This document shows, in pieces, positions 20,160 to 30,100 of a DNA stretch of 64,000 bases. The stretch is from Myxococcota bacterium. GTDB taxonomy: Bacteria > Myxococcota_A > UBA796 > CAJQPC01. The notes under the pieces are model-generated. The model had not been told where the DNA came from and did no database searches. It was given only the letters and a program-made list of their open reading frames with translations. Within the stretch, counting starts at the first letter, position 1; each line of letters opens with the position of its first letter. The stretch is taken from positions 1 to 64,000 of the forward strand of contig JAZAMN010000059.1 of NCBI GenBank assembly GCA_036229005.1, read 5' to 3'. Position numbers and translations under genes: made by a program.

Positions 20160-21610
20160 TGTTGCTGTGGCTGCTGGCCTGCGCGGAGCCCGAGGTCCAA
20201 GAGACCGCGCTCCCCACCCTGGACGCCCCTCGGCTGCTGCGCCGGGCGAGCCTGGACCTGCGCGGCGTGCTGCCCAGCAGCCAGGAGCTCGACGCGGTAG
20301 AGGCGGACCCGGACTCGCTGGAGGCCACGATCCTGGGCTGGAGCGAGGAGCCGGCCTTCGAGGAGCGGCTGGTGTTGATGCTCGGAGAGCAGTGGCACAC
20401 CCGCGTGGAGGCCTTCCCGATCGAAGCCTTTGACTACGGCCTGGACGACGAGGTCCCCTTTGAGCGGGCGGTGGGCGAAGAGCCGCTGCGGCTGGCCGCG
20501 TATGTGGTCACCCAGGACCTGCCCTGGAGTCAGGTGGTGACCGCCGAGCACACCATGGCCAACGCGCTGCTGCTGTCCATCTGGGACCTGGAGGCGGAGC
20601 AGGAGCCTGGGGACGGGCAGTGGGTGCCGGCGATCTACCAGGACGGCCGGCCGCACGCGGGGGTGCTGAGCACCAACGGTCTGTGGTGGAAGTACGACAC
20701 AGACATCTCCAACATGAACCGGCGCCGGGTGAGCGCGATCTCCCGGCTGTTGGTCTGTCACGATGTCCTCGCCCGACCGATCAGCCTCGCGGATGCGTCG
20801 CAGGACGTGGAGGATGCGGTGCGGAACGATCCCGCGTGCAAGACCTGCCACGCTGCCCTCGACCCCGCCGCCGCAGCGCTCTTTGGGTTCTGGAACGTGG
20901 TCGAGTACTCCGAGGTGGAGCACGCCTCCTACCACCCGGAGCGCGAGGGGCTGTACAGGGACTACCTGGGCGTGGAGCCCGCCTGGTACGGCGTCCCGGT
21001 GTCCGGCCCCGAAGACCTGGGTCGAGCCATCGCGGCAGACCCCCGCTTTGACCGCTGCGCGGTGCAGCGCTTTGGGGAGCTGATGCTGCACCGGGAGCTC
21101 AGCGAGCAGGAGCAGGCCCGCTTTGAGGCGGACTACGACGGCTACGCTCTGCACCTGATACAGACCCTCTTGAGCTCGCCCGAGTACGCAGACCCGACCC
21201 CCCGCCTGATGAGTCCACAACTCATGTCCAGCGCGATCGCGCAGGCCACCGGGTACCGCTGGACCACAGACGGAAACGACGTGATGGACATCGACGAGTA
21301 CGGGCTGCGCCAGCTCGCGGGGGGCGTGGACGGCGAGCAGGTCAAGGATCCGCAGGCCCGCCCGGGGCTCACCCGGACCCTGGTGATCAAGCGGCTGGCC
21401 GAGCTCGCTGGCCAGGAGATCGGCGCCTATGAGGGCAGCCTGATGATCGAGGCCTGGTACTGGCGCCTGCTGGCCGAGCACCCCACACAGACCCAGCTCG
21501 ATGAGTTGGAGGCGCTGCACGCTGCGGTCCTGGCCCGGGACGGTCAGGACGCCGCCGACGCCGCCGTGTTGACTGTGATCCTTCGGGATCCCGCGTTCGA
21601 GGCCTACTGA
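20159..21610 (+). CDS. DUF1549/DUF1588-like monoheme lipoprotein
   Basis: RLLRRASLDLRGVLPS, HAGVLST, CKTCH..LDP. Confidence 0.75.
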   Translation: MLLWLLACAEPEVQETALPTLDAPRLLRRASLDLRGVLPSSQELDAVEADPDSLEATILGWSEEPAFEERLVLMLGEQWHTRVEAFPIEAFDYGLDDEVPFERAVGEEPLRLAAYVVTQDLPWSQVVTAEHTMANALLLSIWDLEAEQEPGDGQWVPAIYQDGRPHAGVLSTNGLWWKYDTDISNMNRRRVSAISRLLVCHDVLARPISLADASQDVEDAVRNDPACKTCHAALDPAAAALFGFWNVVEYSEVEHASYHPEREGLYRDYLGVEPAWYGVPVSGPEDLGRAIAADPRFDRCAVQRFGELMLHRELSEQEQARFEADYDGYALHLIQTLLSSPEYADPTPRLMSPQLMSSAIAQATGYRWTTDGNDVMDIDEYGLRQLAGGVDGEQVKDPQARPGLTRTLVIKRLAELAGQEIGAYEGSLMIEAWYWRLLAEHPTQTQLDELEALHAAVLARDGQDAADAAVLTVILRDPAFEAY

Positions 21611-22851
21611 TGAGACGGCGCGATTTCCTGGCAGCCTCCGCGGCATCTCTGGCCACCTTCGGCCTCCCTGGACGCCTGGCGCGTGCGGCCAGCACGGATG
21701 ACCGGGTGTTCCTCTTCCTGTTCGTGGAGGGCGGCTGGGACCCCGCCGTCGCGCTGCACCCGATGTTCGACGTGCCCGGCGCCTGGACCGAGGACGGCAG
21801 CGGCGTGGGCACGCTCGGCGACATGCGCTGGGTGGAGAGCCTGAGCCGCCCCGCCGTGAGCGAGTTCTTCGAGCGCTGGGGCTCCGAGCTCGCGCTGATC
21901 CACGGCATGGAGGTGCCCTCCATCACCCACGAACGCTGCACCCGCATCCTGTGGACCGGTGCCGGCGACGCCCTGACCCCGGACTGGCCCACCATGCTGG
22001 CCGGAGACCCCGGGCAGCGCGCCCTGCCCCACCTGGTGATCGACGGCCCGGCCTTCTCGGGGGACCAGGCCGAGCGGGTGGTCCGGCTGGGCAGCGAAGG
22101 CCAGCTCCCCCTGCTGCTGGACGGCAGCATCACCGCGAACACAGACCGTCCAAAGCCACGGTTCAGCGCCGAGACCGAGGCGGAGATCGACGCCCTGGTG
22201 GCCGCCCGCAGCCAGGCCCGAGCGGCGGGCGATGGAGCGATGGCGGACCTCGCACAGTCTCACCACGACAGCCTGCAGGCCCTCTCCCTGCTGCAGGAGC
22301 AGACGCAGGCCCAGGGGCTCAGCCTGGGGGTGGGGCAGCCGGGGTGCACGCGGGACTACCCCACGGACCTGGAGACGCTGTTCACCTGCTTCGACGCGGG
22401 GCTGAGCCGCTGCGGGATGCTGCGCCACCAGGGCTGGTGCGACCAGGGCTGGGACACCCACCAGCTCCACTACCGCCAGTCGGACAACTTCCAGGATCTC
22501 TTCGAGGTGCTGGTGGCCCTGGGCGAGCTGCGGGAGTCCTGGCCCTCTGTGTCGGATCGCCTGGTGGTGGTGGTCGCCAGCGAGATGGGCCGCCACCCCA
22601 TGCTGAACACCTGGGGCGGCAAGGACCACTGGACCTACACCTCGCTGATGCTCTGGGGCGATGGGATCCGCCCGGGCCTGTATGGAGGCCTGGACGCCGA
22701 GGGCAAGGGCCGCAAGCTGGCGCTCGAGACCGGCGAGACCAGCGACAATGGCGTGCTCCTGAGCCCCCAGCACATCGGGGCGACCCTGATGGCGCTGGGG
22801 GGAGAGGACCCCGGGTCTGTAGGAGATGTGTTCCAGGGTGTGCTGCTCTGA
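21610..22851 (+). CDS. DUF1501 family protein with Tat signal
   Basis: MRRRDFL, GGWD, WDTH, SEMGR.P..N..GGKDHW. Confidence 0.85.
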   Translation: MRRRDFLAASAASLATFGLPGRLARAASTDDRVFLFLFVEGGWDPAVALHPMFDVPGAWTEDGSGVGTLGDMRWVESLSRPAVSEFFERWGSELALIHGMEVPSITHERCTRILWTGAGDALTPDWPTMLAGDPGQRALPHLVIDGPAFSGDQAERVVRLGSEGQLPLLLDGSITANTDRPKPRFSAETEAEIDALVAARSQARAAGDGAMADLAQSHHDSLQALSLLQEQTQAQGLSLGVGQPGCTRDYPTDLETLFTCFDAGLSRCGMLRHQGWCDQGWDTHQLHYRQSDNFQDLFEVLVALGELRESWPSVSDRLVVVVASEMGRHPMLNTWGGKDHWTYTSLMLWGDGIRPGLYGGLDAEGKGRKLALETGETSDNGVLLSPQHIGATLMALGGEDPGSVGDVFQGVLL

Positions 22852-22897
22852 GCCCTTGAGGCTGGACGAAGCGCATCCGGCCGAGCGAACCCGCGGC

Positions 22898-24277
22898 CTA
22901 CTCCAGATACCCCAGCGCCTGCAGCGCCTCCCGCACGGCGGGGCTCATGTCCTCCTCCACAAAGGGGGGCGCCTGGTCGTCCCACTCCGCCAGCGAGCGC
23001 CGCAGCGCCTGCCGCCGCTTGTCGTCGTCGAGCTCCGGCTGCTCAGCCTCCAGGGCGTAGAGGTCCTGGGTGCCCTGCCAGGGGTTGCGCACGTAGACCG
23101 CCCCCCGGTCCACCACCCCGCGCTCGGTCTCGCTGTTGTTCCACGCGGGGCCCTCCTTGCCCCAGGGGCTGCTGGCCTCCAGGAAGATGGGCGCGCTGGG
23201 GGTCTCGCTCCCCTGCAGCAGGGGGCTCAGGTCCCTACCGGCGCCCAGGGGCGCATCCAGCCCGGCCAGGGACACCAGCGTGCTGCCGATGTCGGAGAGG
23301 GCCACAGGCTGCTCAACCCGCGCGGGGACCAACGCCTGCTCTCCCAGGCCCACCACAAAGCTGGGGATGTGGGTGATGGCGAGGTCGATGTCCGGGCCAT
23401 GGCCCACGGGGCTGCTGCGCTCCTCGCCGAACATCTCACCGTGGTCCGCAACGACCACCACGTAGCCATCCTCCAGCAGGCCGCGCTCCGCGAGCCCCTC
23501 CAGGAGCAGCCCGATCTGGTGGTCCATGAAGCGCACTTCGCCCTGATACAGGGCGCGCAGGTGCTCCAGCGCGGCGGGATCCAGGTCCCCCTTGCGCACG
23601 CCGTCCGCGACAAACTGCAGCGCGTTGTCCCCCCAAGGGGCCACATAGTCGGGGTCCACGAAGGGGGCGTTCCACTCGGGGGCGGCCTCGTAGGGGCTGT
23701 GCGCGTCGTAGTAGTGCACCCAGAGCAGCAGGGGGCGCTCGGTGTCCCGCTGATCCACCAGGGCCAGCGCGCGCTCGGTCACCGCGTCGCCCGGGGCCTC
23801 AAAGCGCGGGCCGCGGGCGTTGTCCAGCTTGTCGTCGTAGATGCGGAAGCCGGACTGCAGGTTGGTGCTGCGGTCCACGGCGCTGGCCGCCACCACCGCC
23901 AGGGTGTCCCAGCCGGCGTCATGCAGCCGCTCGGGCACGGTGTCGATCGCGGGGCTGAGCACGAAGCCGTTGCGGGGCACGCCGTGCCCGTGGGGGTCCA
24001 GCCCAGACCACAGGGAGCTGTGGCTGTTGAGGGTGGTGGACGTGTGGGAGAAGGCCCAGTCGAACACCACGCCCTGCTCCGCCAGCGCGTCCAGGTTGGG
24101 GGACGCCTCGTCCGGGCCGCCGTAGAGCCCGAGCGCGTCGGCCCGGGTGGTGTCCAGGCTCAGGACCAGGAGCAGCGGCGGTGCGTCGGCGGGCGCCTTG
24201 ACGGTGGGCGCCTCCTGCACGACGGGGGTGGGGTGCACCCCGCAGGAGCTGCAGGCCAGGAACAGCAGCAGGGTCAC
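22898..24277 (-). CDS. Sulfatase-like hydrolase (alkaline phosphatase superfamily) lipoprotein
   Basis: SLDTTRAD, HYYDAHSPY, ADHGE; GTG start overlaps HK stop (GTGA). Confidence 0.88.
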   Translation of the reverse strand: MTLLLFLACSSCGVHPTPVVQEAPTVKAPADAPPLLLVLSLDTTRADALGLYGGPDEASPNLDALAEQGVVFDWAFSHTSTTLNSHSSLWSGLDPHGHGVPRNGFVLSPAIDTVPERLHDAGWDTLAVVAASAVDRSTNLQSGFRIYDDKLDNARGPRFEAPGDAVTERALALVDQRDTERPLLLWVHYYDAHSPYEAAPEWNAPFVDPDYVAPWGDNALQFVADGVRKGDLDPAALEHLRALYQGEVRFMDHQIGLLLEGLAERGLLEDGYVVVVADHGEMFGEERSSPVGHGPDIDLAITHIPSFVVGLGEQALVPARVEQPVALSDIGSTLVSLAGLDAPLGAGRDLSPLLQGSETPSAPIFLEASSPWGKEGPAWNNSETERGVVDRGAVYVRNPWQGTQDLYALEAEQPELDDDKRRQALRRSLAEWDDQAPPFVEEDMSPAVREALQALGYLE

Positions 24278-26472
24278 GGGGACCCGTCCTGCAGGACCTC
24301 CAGCGCGTGCTGCAGCTCTTCCGCGCTCAGGGGCTTGGTGATGTATCCAGTCATGCCGGCGTCGTAACAAGCTGCCCGGGACTCGGGCCGCAGATCGGCC
24401 GTCATGGCCATGATGGGCAGCCCCGGCGACAACTCCAGCAGCGCCTGGGCGGTCTGGTAGCCGTCCATGCCCGGCATGTGCAGGTCCAGCAGCACCAGGT
24501 CCGGCGCCTGGTCCTGCACGGCCTGCACGGCGAACTCACCGCTCTCCACCGCGCGCACGCTGTGCCCCCGGCTCTCCAGGAAGCGGGTGGCGACCAGGCG
24601 GTTGACCGGGTTGTCCTCGACGACGAGCACCTCGCATGGCCCGAGGGTGCTGCTGGGAGGCGGAGCCGGGGGGCCAGAGGGGTGGGCCGGGATGTCGACC
24701 ACAAACAGGCTCCCCTCTCCCACCTGACTCTGCACGTGGATCTCGCCCTCCATGGCCTGAACGAGGCGCTTGGTGACGGCCAGGCCCAGCCCCGTGCCGC
24801 CGAAGCGCTTGGAGATGCTCGCGTCCGCCTGGGTGAAGGCCTCGAAGAGCTGAGGGAGCTGCCCGGGGTCGATGCCGATCCCCTCGTCCTGGACGGAGAT
24901 GCGCAGGGTGCTGGGCTTGATGCACTGCGCGCGCAGGACGACCTCGCCCCGCCCGCTGAACTTGATGGCGTTGGAGAGCAGGTTCTGGATCACCTGCCGC
25001 ACCCGGACTTCGTCCAGACAGATGTGCTCGGGCAGCTCCGGATCCAGCTCAAGGCGCAGCGTGAGGCCGGCCTGGCTGGCGGTCTGCTGGTGGAGCAGGC
25101 GGAGCTGCTCGAAGAAGGGGCCGGTGGGGACGGAGCCGCGGGCGATCTGCAGGCGGTCGCTGCCCAGCCGGGCATAGAGCAGCAGGTCGTCGATCAGGCG
25201 GAGCAGGCTCTGGCCGGCGTGTTGGATGTGGCCCAGGAGCTCGTGGATCTCGCTGAGGTCGTCGGAGCCGGACGCGATCTCGGCGACGCCCAGGACGCCG
25301 TTGAGGGGGGTGCGCAGCTCGTGGGTGACGCTGGCCAGGAACTCGGACTTGGCGCGGGAGGCGGCCTCTGCGTGGGCCCGGGCCTCCTCCAGCTCCTGGC
25401 TGTGCTCCTTGAGCTTGGTCAGGTCGGTGCCCACGATGATCAGGTGCGGGCTGCCCGCGATGTTGATCCGGGTGGTGCTGCTGGCGAAGTAGCGGCGGCC
25501 CACCGGAAAGGTCCACCAGGCCTCGGTGTCATGGGGCTGGCCGAAGCCCAGCACCTCGGGGCCCAGGCTGCGGAGGACCTCGGCCTCATCCGGCGACATG
25601 AAGTCCCAGATCTCCAGGCCCACGGCGGCGCTGCTGGGGCGCCCGGAGTACTCGGAGGTGCTGCGGTTGGCCATCAGCACCCGCAGCGAGCTGTCCAGCA
25701 CGATGGTGGGCAGCGGGAGGGAGTCCAGCACGTTGCGGAGGAAGGTCAGCGAGGACTCCATGGCCTCGCGCCGGGCGACATCCAGGCCCACGTCGCGGCC
25801 CTCGACCAGCAGCCGCCGCTTGCCCGTCACGGGATCCTGTACCCAGCTCAGATCCAGCTCCAGCCAGCTATCCAGGGCCTCGGAGCGCACCAGCCGCCGG
25901 GAGGTCTGGCCAGCGGGGAGGGGCCGCAGGATGAAGTCCAGGTCCTGGGGATCCGCGCTGAGCTCGGCGATGTCCTGGAGCTCTCCCAGCAGGTCCTTGG
26001 CGGCGGGGTTCAGCTCCGAGATCCGGCCATCGGGCTCCACCAGCATCAGCAGTCGGGAGGACCACGCCCAGTGGTTTGGGGGCTGCACCGTGTCGGTCGC
26101 CACCCCGGAGGTGGCCGGCCATGCCTCGACGAAGGCCACAAGCCGCCCCTGCCAGCGAGCGGGTCGCACCGAGACCCGCGCCTGCTTCCGCACGCCCCGA
26201 GGGGTGAAGGTGTGGACGTGCTGAAAGCGCTCTCCCCTCCTCATCCGCTCCCCGAGCTGCGCGGTCTCGGCCCGGACCTGGATGGAGGGGGTCCCCAGGC
26301 CCCGCGCGCGGAACTCCGCCAGGCTCGGGCTCATGAAGAAGGCGCGCCCCGCCACGTTCGCCCACGGATGGGTGAACTCCTGGAAGTCGAAGACCCACAT
26401 GGGGGTGGCCTGGTGCTCGAAGGCCTCCAGGACCGCCTCGGTGAGCTCCAGGGGGGGCAAGGGATCGGTCAC
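24274..26472 (-). CDS. PAS-domain hybrid histidine kinase/response regulator
   Basis: PAS-like segments, THELRTP, NLLSNAIKF, GTGLGL, receiver LDLHMP. Confidence 0.93.
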   Translation of the reverse strand: MTDPLPPLELTEAVLEAFEHQATPMWVFDFQEFTHPWANVAGRAFFMSPSLAEFRARGLGTPSIQVRAETAQLGERMRRGERFQHVHTFTPRGVRKQARVSVRPARWQGRLVAFVEAWPATSGVATDTVQPPNHWAWSSRLLMLVEPDGRISELNPAAKDLLGELQDIAELSADPQDLDFILRPLPAGQTSRRLVRSEALDSWLELDLSWVQDPVTGKRRLLVEGRDVGLDVARREAMESSLTFLRNVLDSLPLPTIVLDSSLRVLMANRSTSEYSGRPSSAAVGLEIWDFMSPDEAEVLRSLGPEVLGFGQPHDTEAWWTFPVGRRYFASSTTRINIAGSPHLIIVGTDLTKLKEHSQELEEARAHAEAASRAKSEFLASVTHELRTPLNGVLGVAEIASGSDDLSEIHELLGHIQHAGQSLLRLIDDLLLYARLGSDRLQIARGSVPTGPFFEQLRLLHQQTASQAGLTLRLELDPELPEHICLDEVRVRQVIQNLLSNAIKFSGRGEVVLRAQCIKPSTLRISVQDEGIGIDPGQLPQLFEAFTQADASISKRFGGTGLGLAVTKRLVQAMEGEIHVQSQVGEGSLFVVDIPAHPSGPPAPPPSSTLGPCEVLVVEDNPVNRLVATRFLESRGHSVRAVESGEFAVQAVQDQAPDLVLLDLHMPGMDGYQTAQALLELSPGLPIMAMTADLRPESRAACYDAGMTGYITKPLSAEELQHALEVLQDGSP

Positions 26473-26490
26473 GCCAGTGGCATACCCCCT

Positions 26491-27084
26491 TCAGTCGGCG
26501 TCCGCCTCCAGGACCCGCGAGAGCAGCATGCGGCGATCGGTGGTGACATTGCCGTCCAGCCGGCGGGAGTTGACCTCCATGTAGACCCCGATCTCGTGGA
26601 AGCCCAGCTCGCTGTAGATCTGGTACCCGGGCCCCTTGGTGGCGGACGTACGCAGGACCACGTGGGAGTAGCGCTGCCGATCCACGGCGTTCAGCCGCTC
26701 CTGGACGAGCACCCGCCCCAGCCCCAGGCCGCGGTAGCGCGGGAGCACCCCCAGCTCGGCGAAGTAGACGCTGTGCGGGATGGGCAGCAGCCCCTGCACC
26801 TGCCGGGCGACGTCCGGACGGGAGGACATCGGGACAGCGAACCCAAAGCCGACGACCTGGGTCTGCCCGCGCACGGCCAGCAGCGCGGTGTTGTTGGGGG
26901 TCTCCAGGGTGCGCCGGAGCACGCCCTCGGCCTCATAGGGGTAGAAGACCTCCCGGTAGGGCGGCGCGGTCCACACCGTCTGGTAGGCACCGACGAAGGA
27001 GGCCCGAAATGGGGTGGCCTCCTCCAGGCTCTCGATGCGGATGACGCGGATGTCCTCTTTCAGCTCTCGCAGTGTCTCGCTCAC
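26491..27084 (-). CDS. GNAT family N-acetyltransferase
   Basis: ELGVLPRYRGLGLG, Y..LGF. Confidence 0.88.
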   Translation of the reverse strand: MSETLRELKEDIRVIRIESLEEATPFRASFVGAYQTVWTAPPYREVFYPYEAEGVLRRTLETPNNTALLAVRGQTQVVGFGFAVPMSSRPDVARQVQGLLPIPHSVYFAELGVLPRYRGLGLGRVLVQERLNAVDRQRYSHVVLRTSATKGPGYQIYSELGFHEIGVYMEVNSRRLDGNVTTDRRMLLSRVLEADAD

Positions 27085-27109
27085 GCAAGGTCCTCACCTG
27101 AGGACCTGA

Positions 27110-30100
27110 TCATGCCGCAAAGCGAGCCACGACCAGAACCCCTTCTGCGCGATCCTCGACCTGGATCTCCACCGGAGCGCCCCCCAGCTCCCGGTGTGCG
27201 CTGGCGACCTGGCCCCGCAGGCGCACCTGCACGCGGTCCTGCTCGATGCCACAAACCTGCACCTCGCGGGGGTTCAAGGCCATCCCGCGGCCCAGCGCCT
27301 TGAGCACAGCCTCCTTGGCGGACCAGGCGACCGTGACGGCCCGCGGGTCGTCCGCCAAAAGCGAACGCTCGTTCTCCGAGAACCACTCCTCCAGGAAGGC
27401 CGGGTGGCGCGCTTCGACCTGCTCAAGGTCCACACCGACCCGCCCCTGCTGGGTCGCGAGGGCCACCGCGTGTCCTGCGGAGTGGGAGATGGAGACCCGG
27501 GGCCCCCGCACACCGTGTACCACCACCTGGGGCTCACCGCTCTCCAGGCTCTGAATACGGATGTCCATCGGCGAGGCACCCGTCAGGTCGACCAGCGCCC
27601 GCTTCGCGGCGATGCGTCCCGCGATGCGGTCCGCCTGCCGCTTGGGGGTCCCGCGCGCCTGCAGCTCGGCCAGCTCCGCCTCGCTCAGCCAGGGGCTGGG
27701 ATCTTCGCCGACCTGGGCGCTGCGCAGGCAGGCGTCGGCCCCACCGGAGCTCGGGCGCACCACCACGGCCTCGCCGAACGCGGACTCCTCCCAGCCGTCC
27801 TCGGGCTCCTGGAAGCGGTCGCGCTCGGGCAGGGGGCCCTTCTCCACCATGCGGAAGCCGCGCACCGACATCAGACGCCCGTCCTCGCCGTCGAGATCGA
27901 CGTCGTACGCGCCGTCCGGACGGAGCTGAGCGGTGATGGTGAGGTCTTCCCCGTCCCGAACAGTCCGAGCCATCCAGACCGTCTCCACAGAAGCGGGGAG
28001 GGCCAGGCTGCCCTCGGCGACCATGGCGTGGAGTCCGGCGGCCTGGAAGGCAGCCTCCAGGGCCAGCGGAGAGGTGATGAGCCCCTGCGCGATGTAGGAG
28101 TGCTCGACCCGGGCGGTGGCGCTCAGGCCATCGCGGGTGACTGCCTCGGCCCCGCGGAGGACCTGGAAGGCCGGACCATGGAAGAAGCGGCGGTAGATCT
28201 CGCCGCGGCCGATGGGCTCCTCGGGGAAGAAGGCGGGCGGCATGGGGGCCAGCTCGGGCTTGCCCTCCAGGCGCACAGTGGCCGAAAAATGGTGGGTGCG
28301 CAGGGTCTTGCCGGCCTTGTTCACGCGCTCGGAGTAGAGCTCGCAGCGGACCCGGCCGTCGGGGGTGGGCTCGGCGCGCAGCTCCAGGTCGCAGCCCTGG
28401 CCGCGGTAGAGCTTCACGGGCTTGCTGAACTGCACGTCCTCGACGCCGACGTAGGCCAGACCGGGGCGGGCCAGGCTGGCGGCGGCGGCCATCAGCTCCA
28501 AGCCCATGACGCCGGGCAGCACGGGCACCTTGTCGATGGCGTGGTCCAGGATCCAGGGGTCCCGGTCCTGGTCCAGGCTGTAGCGGGCGACCACCACGGG
28601 GCCCTCGTGCTCGACGCTGTCCAGCAGGGGGTGGTTGGGGCTGGGGTTCAGGCCGCCCAGCTTGCCAGCGACCACGACCTCGCCCTCGACGCCAGCGGCG
28701 ATGAGGTCGACGGCCAGCGCGGCGCCTGCGTGGGCCGGGAGCAGCTCGACGCCGCGGGCCTCCAGCAGGTTCTGCATGCCACCGCGCACGGCCATGCCGA
28801 CGTCGCCCCAGGCGGTCCAGTCCACGTGCAGGGAGCGGGGGCGGCTCAGGCAGATCTGGGCCAGCGCCTCGTTCGCGGCGGAGTAGTCCACCTGCCCCTG
28901 GTTGCCGAAGCGGCCCGCGACGGAGCCCATGGACAGCAGCCAGGTGCCCTCCTCGATGGCCTCGACCAGGGTCAGTCCGCCCACGGCCTTGCCGTCGAAG
29001 ACGCGGTGGAAGGCGGCCTCGTCCTTGTCCTGGATCAGGCGGCTCTCCTCGACACCGGCGCCGTGGATCACGCCGTCGATGCGGCCGTAGTCGGCCTTCA
29101 CGGAGCCCACCAGGTCCCGCAGCGACTGCACGTCGGCCATGTCGCAGGTGCGGTACTCGGCGGTGGCGCCCAGGCCACGCAGCTCCTCCAGGGTCTGGCG
29201 GATCTCCTCGGCCTTGCGCAGCTTGTGGAGCTGGCGCTCGATCTGGGCGGGGGTGGCGCGCTCACCGGCCTCCTTGAGCTCGGCGCGGATCCGGTCCTTC
29301 TCGGCCTTCTCGTCCAGGGGCTCGGTGCCCGCGGGGGAGCGACCGACCAGCACCAGGGTCGCCGGGCTGCGGCGGGCGAACTCCACGGCCACCCGGGAGG
29401 TGACGCCGCGGCCACCACCGGTGACCAGCACGACCTGGTTGTCGTTGGGGCGCTGCAGGGCGGGCGGGTGCTCCTCGATGGCCAGCTCGATCACCGTGCG
29501 GGTGCCGTCGTAGCCGTGGAAGCACTCGACGGTGCCGTCGTGGGCGGCCAGCTCCTGGCAGAGCAGCTCGGCGATGCGCTCGGGCTCAAGCTGCGGGGAC
29601 ACGTCCACCACGCGGGCGCTGCAGTCCTCCCACTCCCGGCCCAGGGCCTTGGTGAAGCCAGCGCGCGAGCCGTCGAAGAAGGCCTGGTCGGGGGTCATCC
29701 CGTCCAGCTCCCCCATCATGGTCAGGCAGATCCAGTCGCGGACGGCGGTCTCCACGTGCTCCTGGGCCACCCGGAAGGTGGAGAACACGTCGCCGGCGAC
29801 ATCGACCACTGCATCGGGCTCACCCTCGGTGCTCGCGCCGCGCTCGGCCAGGGCCTCCACCATCGCCTCGGCGACGGGGCCGTCTCCCAGCACCCGCACC
29901 ACGCGGCCCTGCAGGGAGCCCTCCAGGTTCAGGGGGCGGGGCAGGCGCACGGGGCGCCGGATCCAGAAGGTGGGGGGCAGCTCGGACAGGGGATCGCTGG
30001 CGTCCTCCTCGACGGAGGGCTCAGCGGCTGCGGGCTCGGCGCTCACGGGGGCGGCGTCCGCGGACACGCGCTCCCCCAGCCAGCCAGCCAGCGCGCCGAT

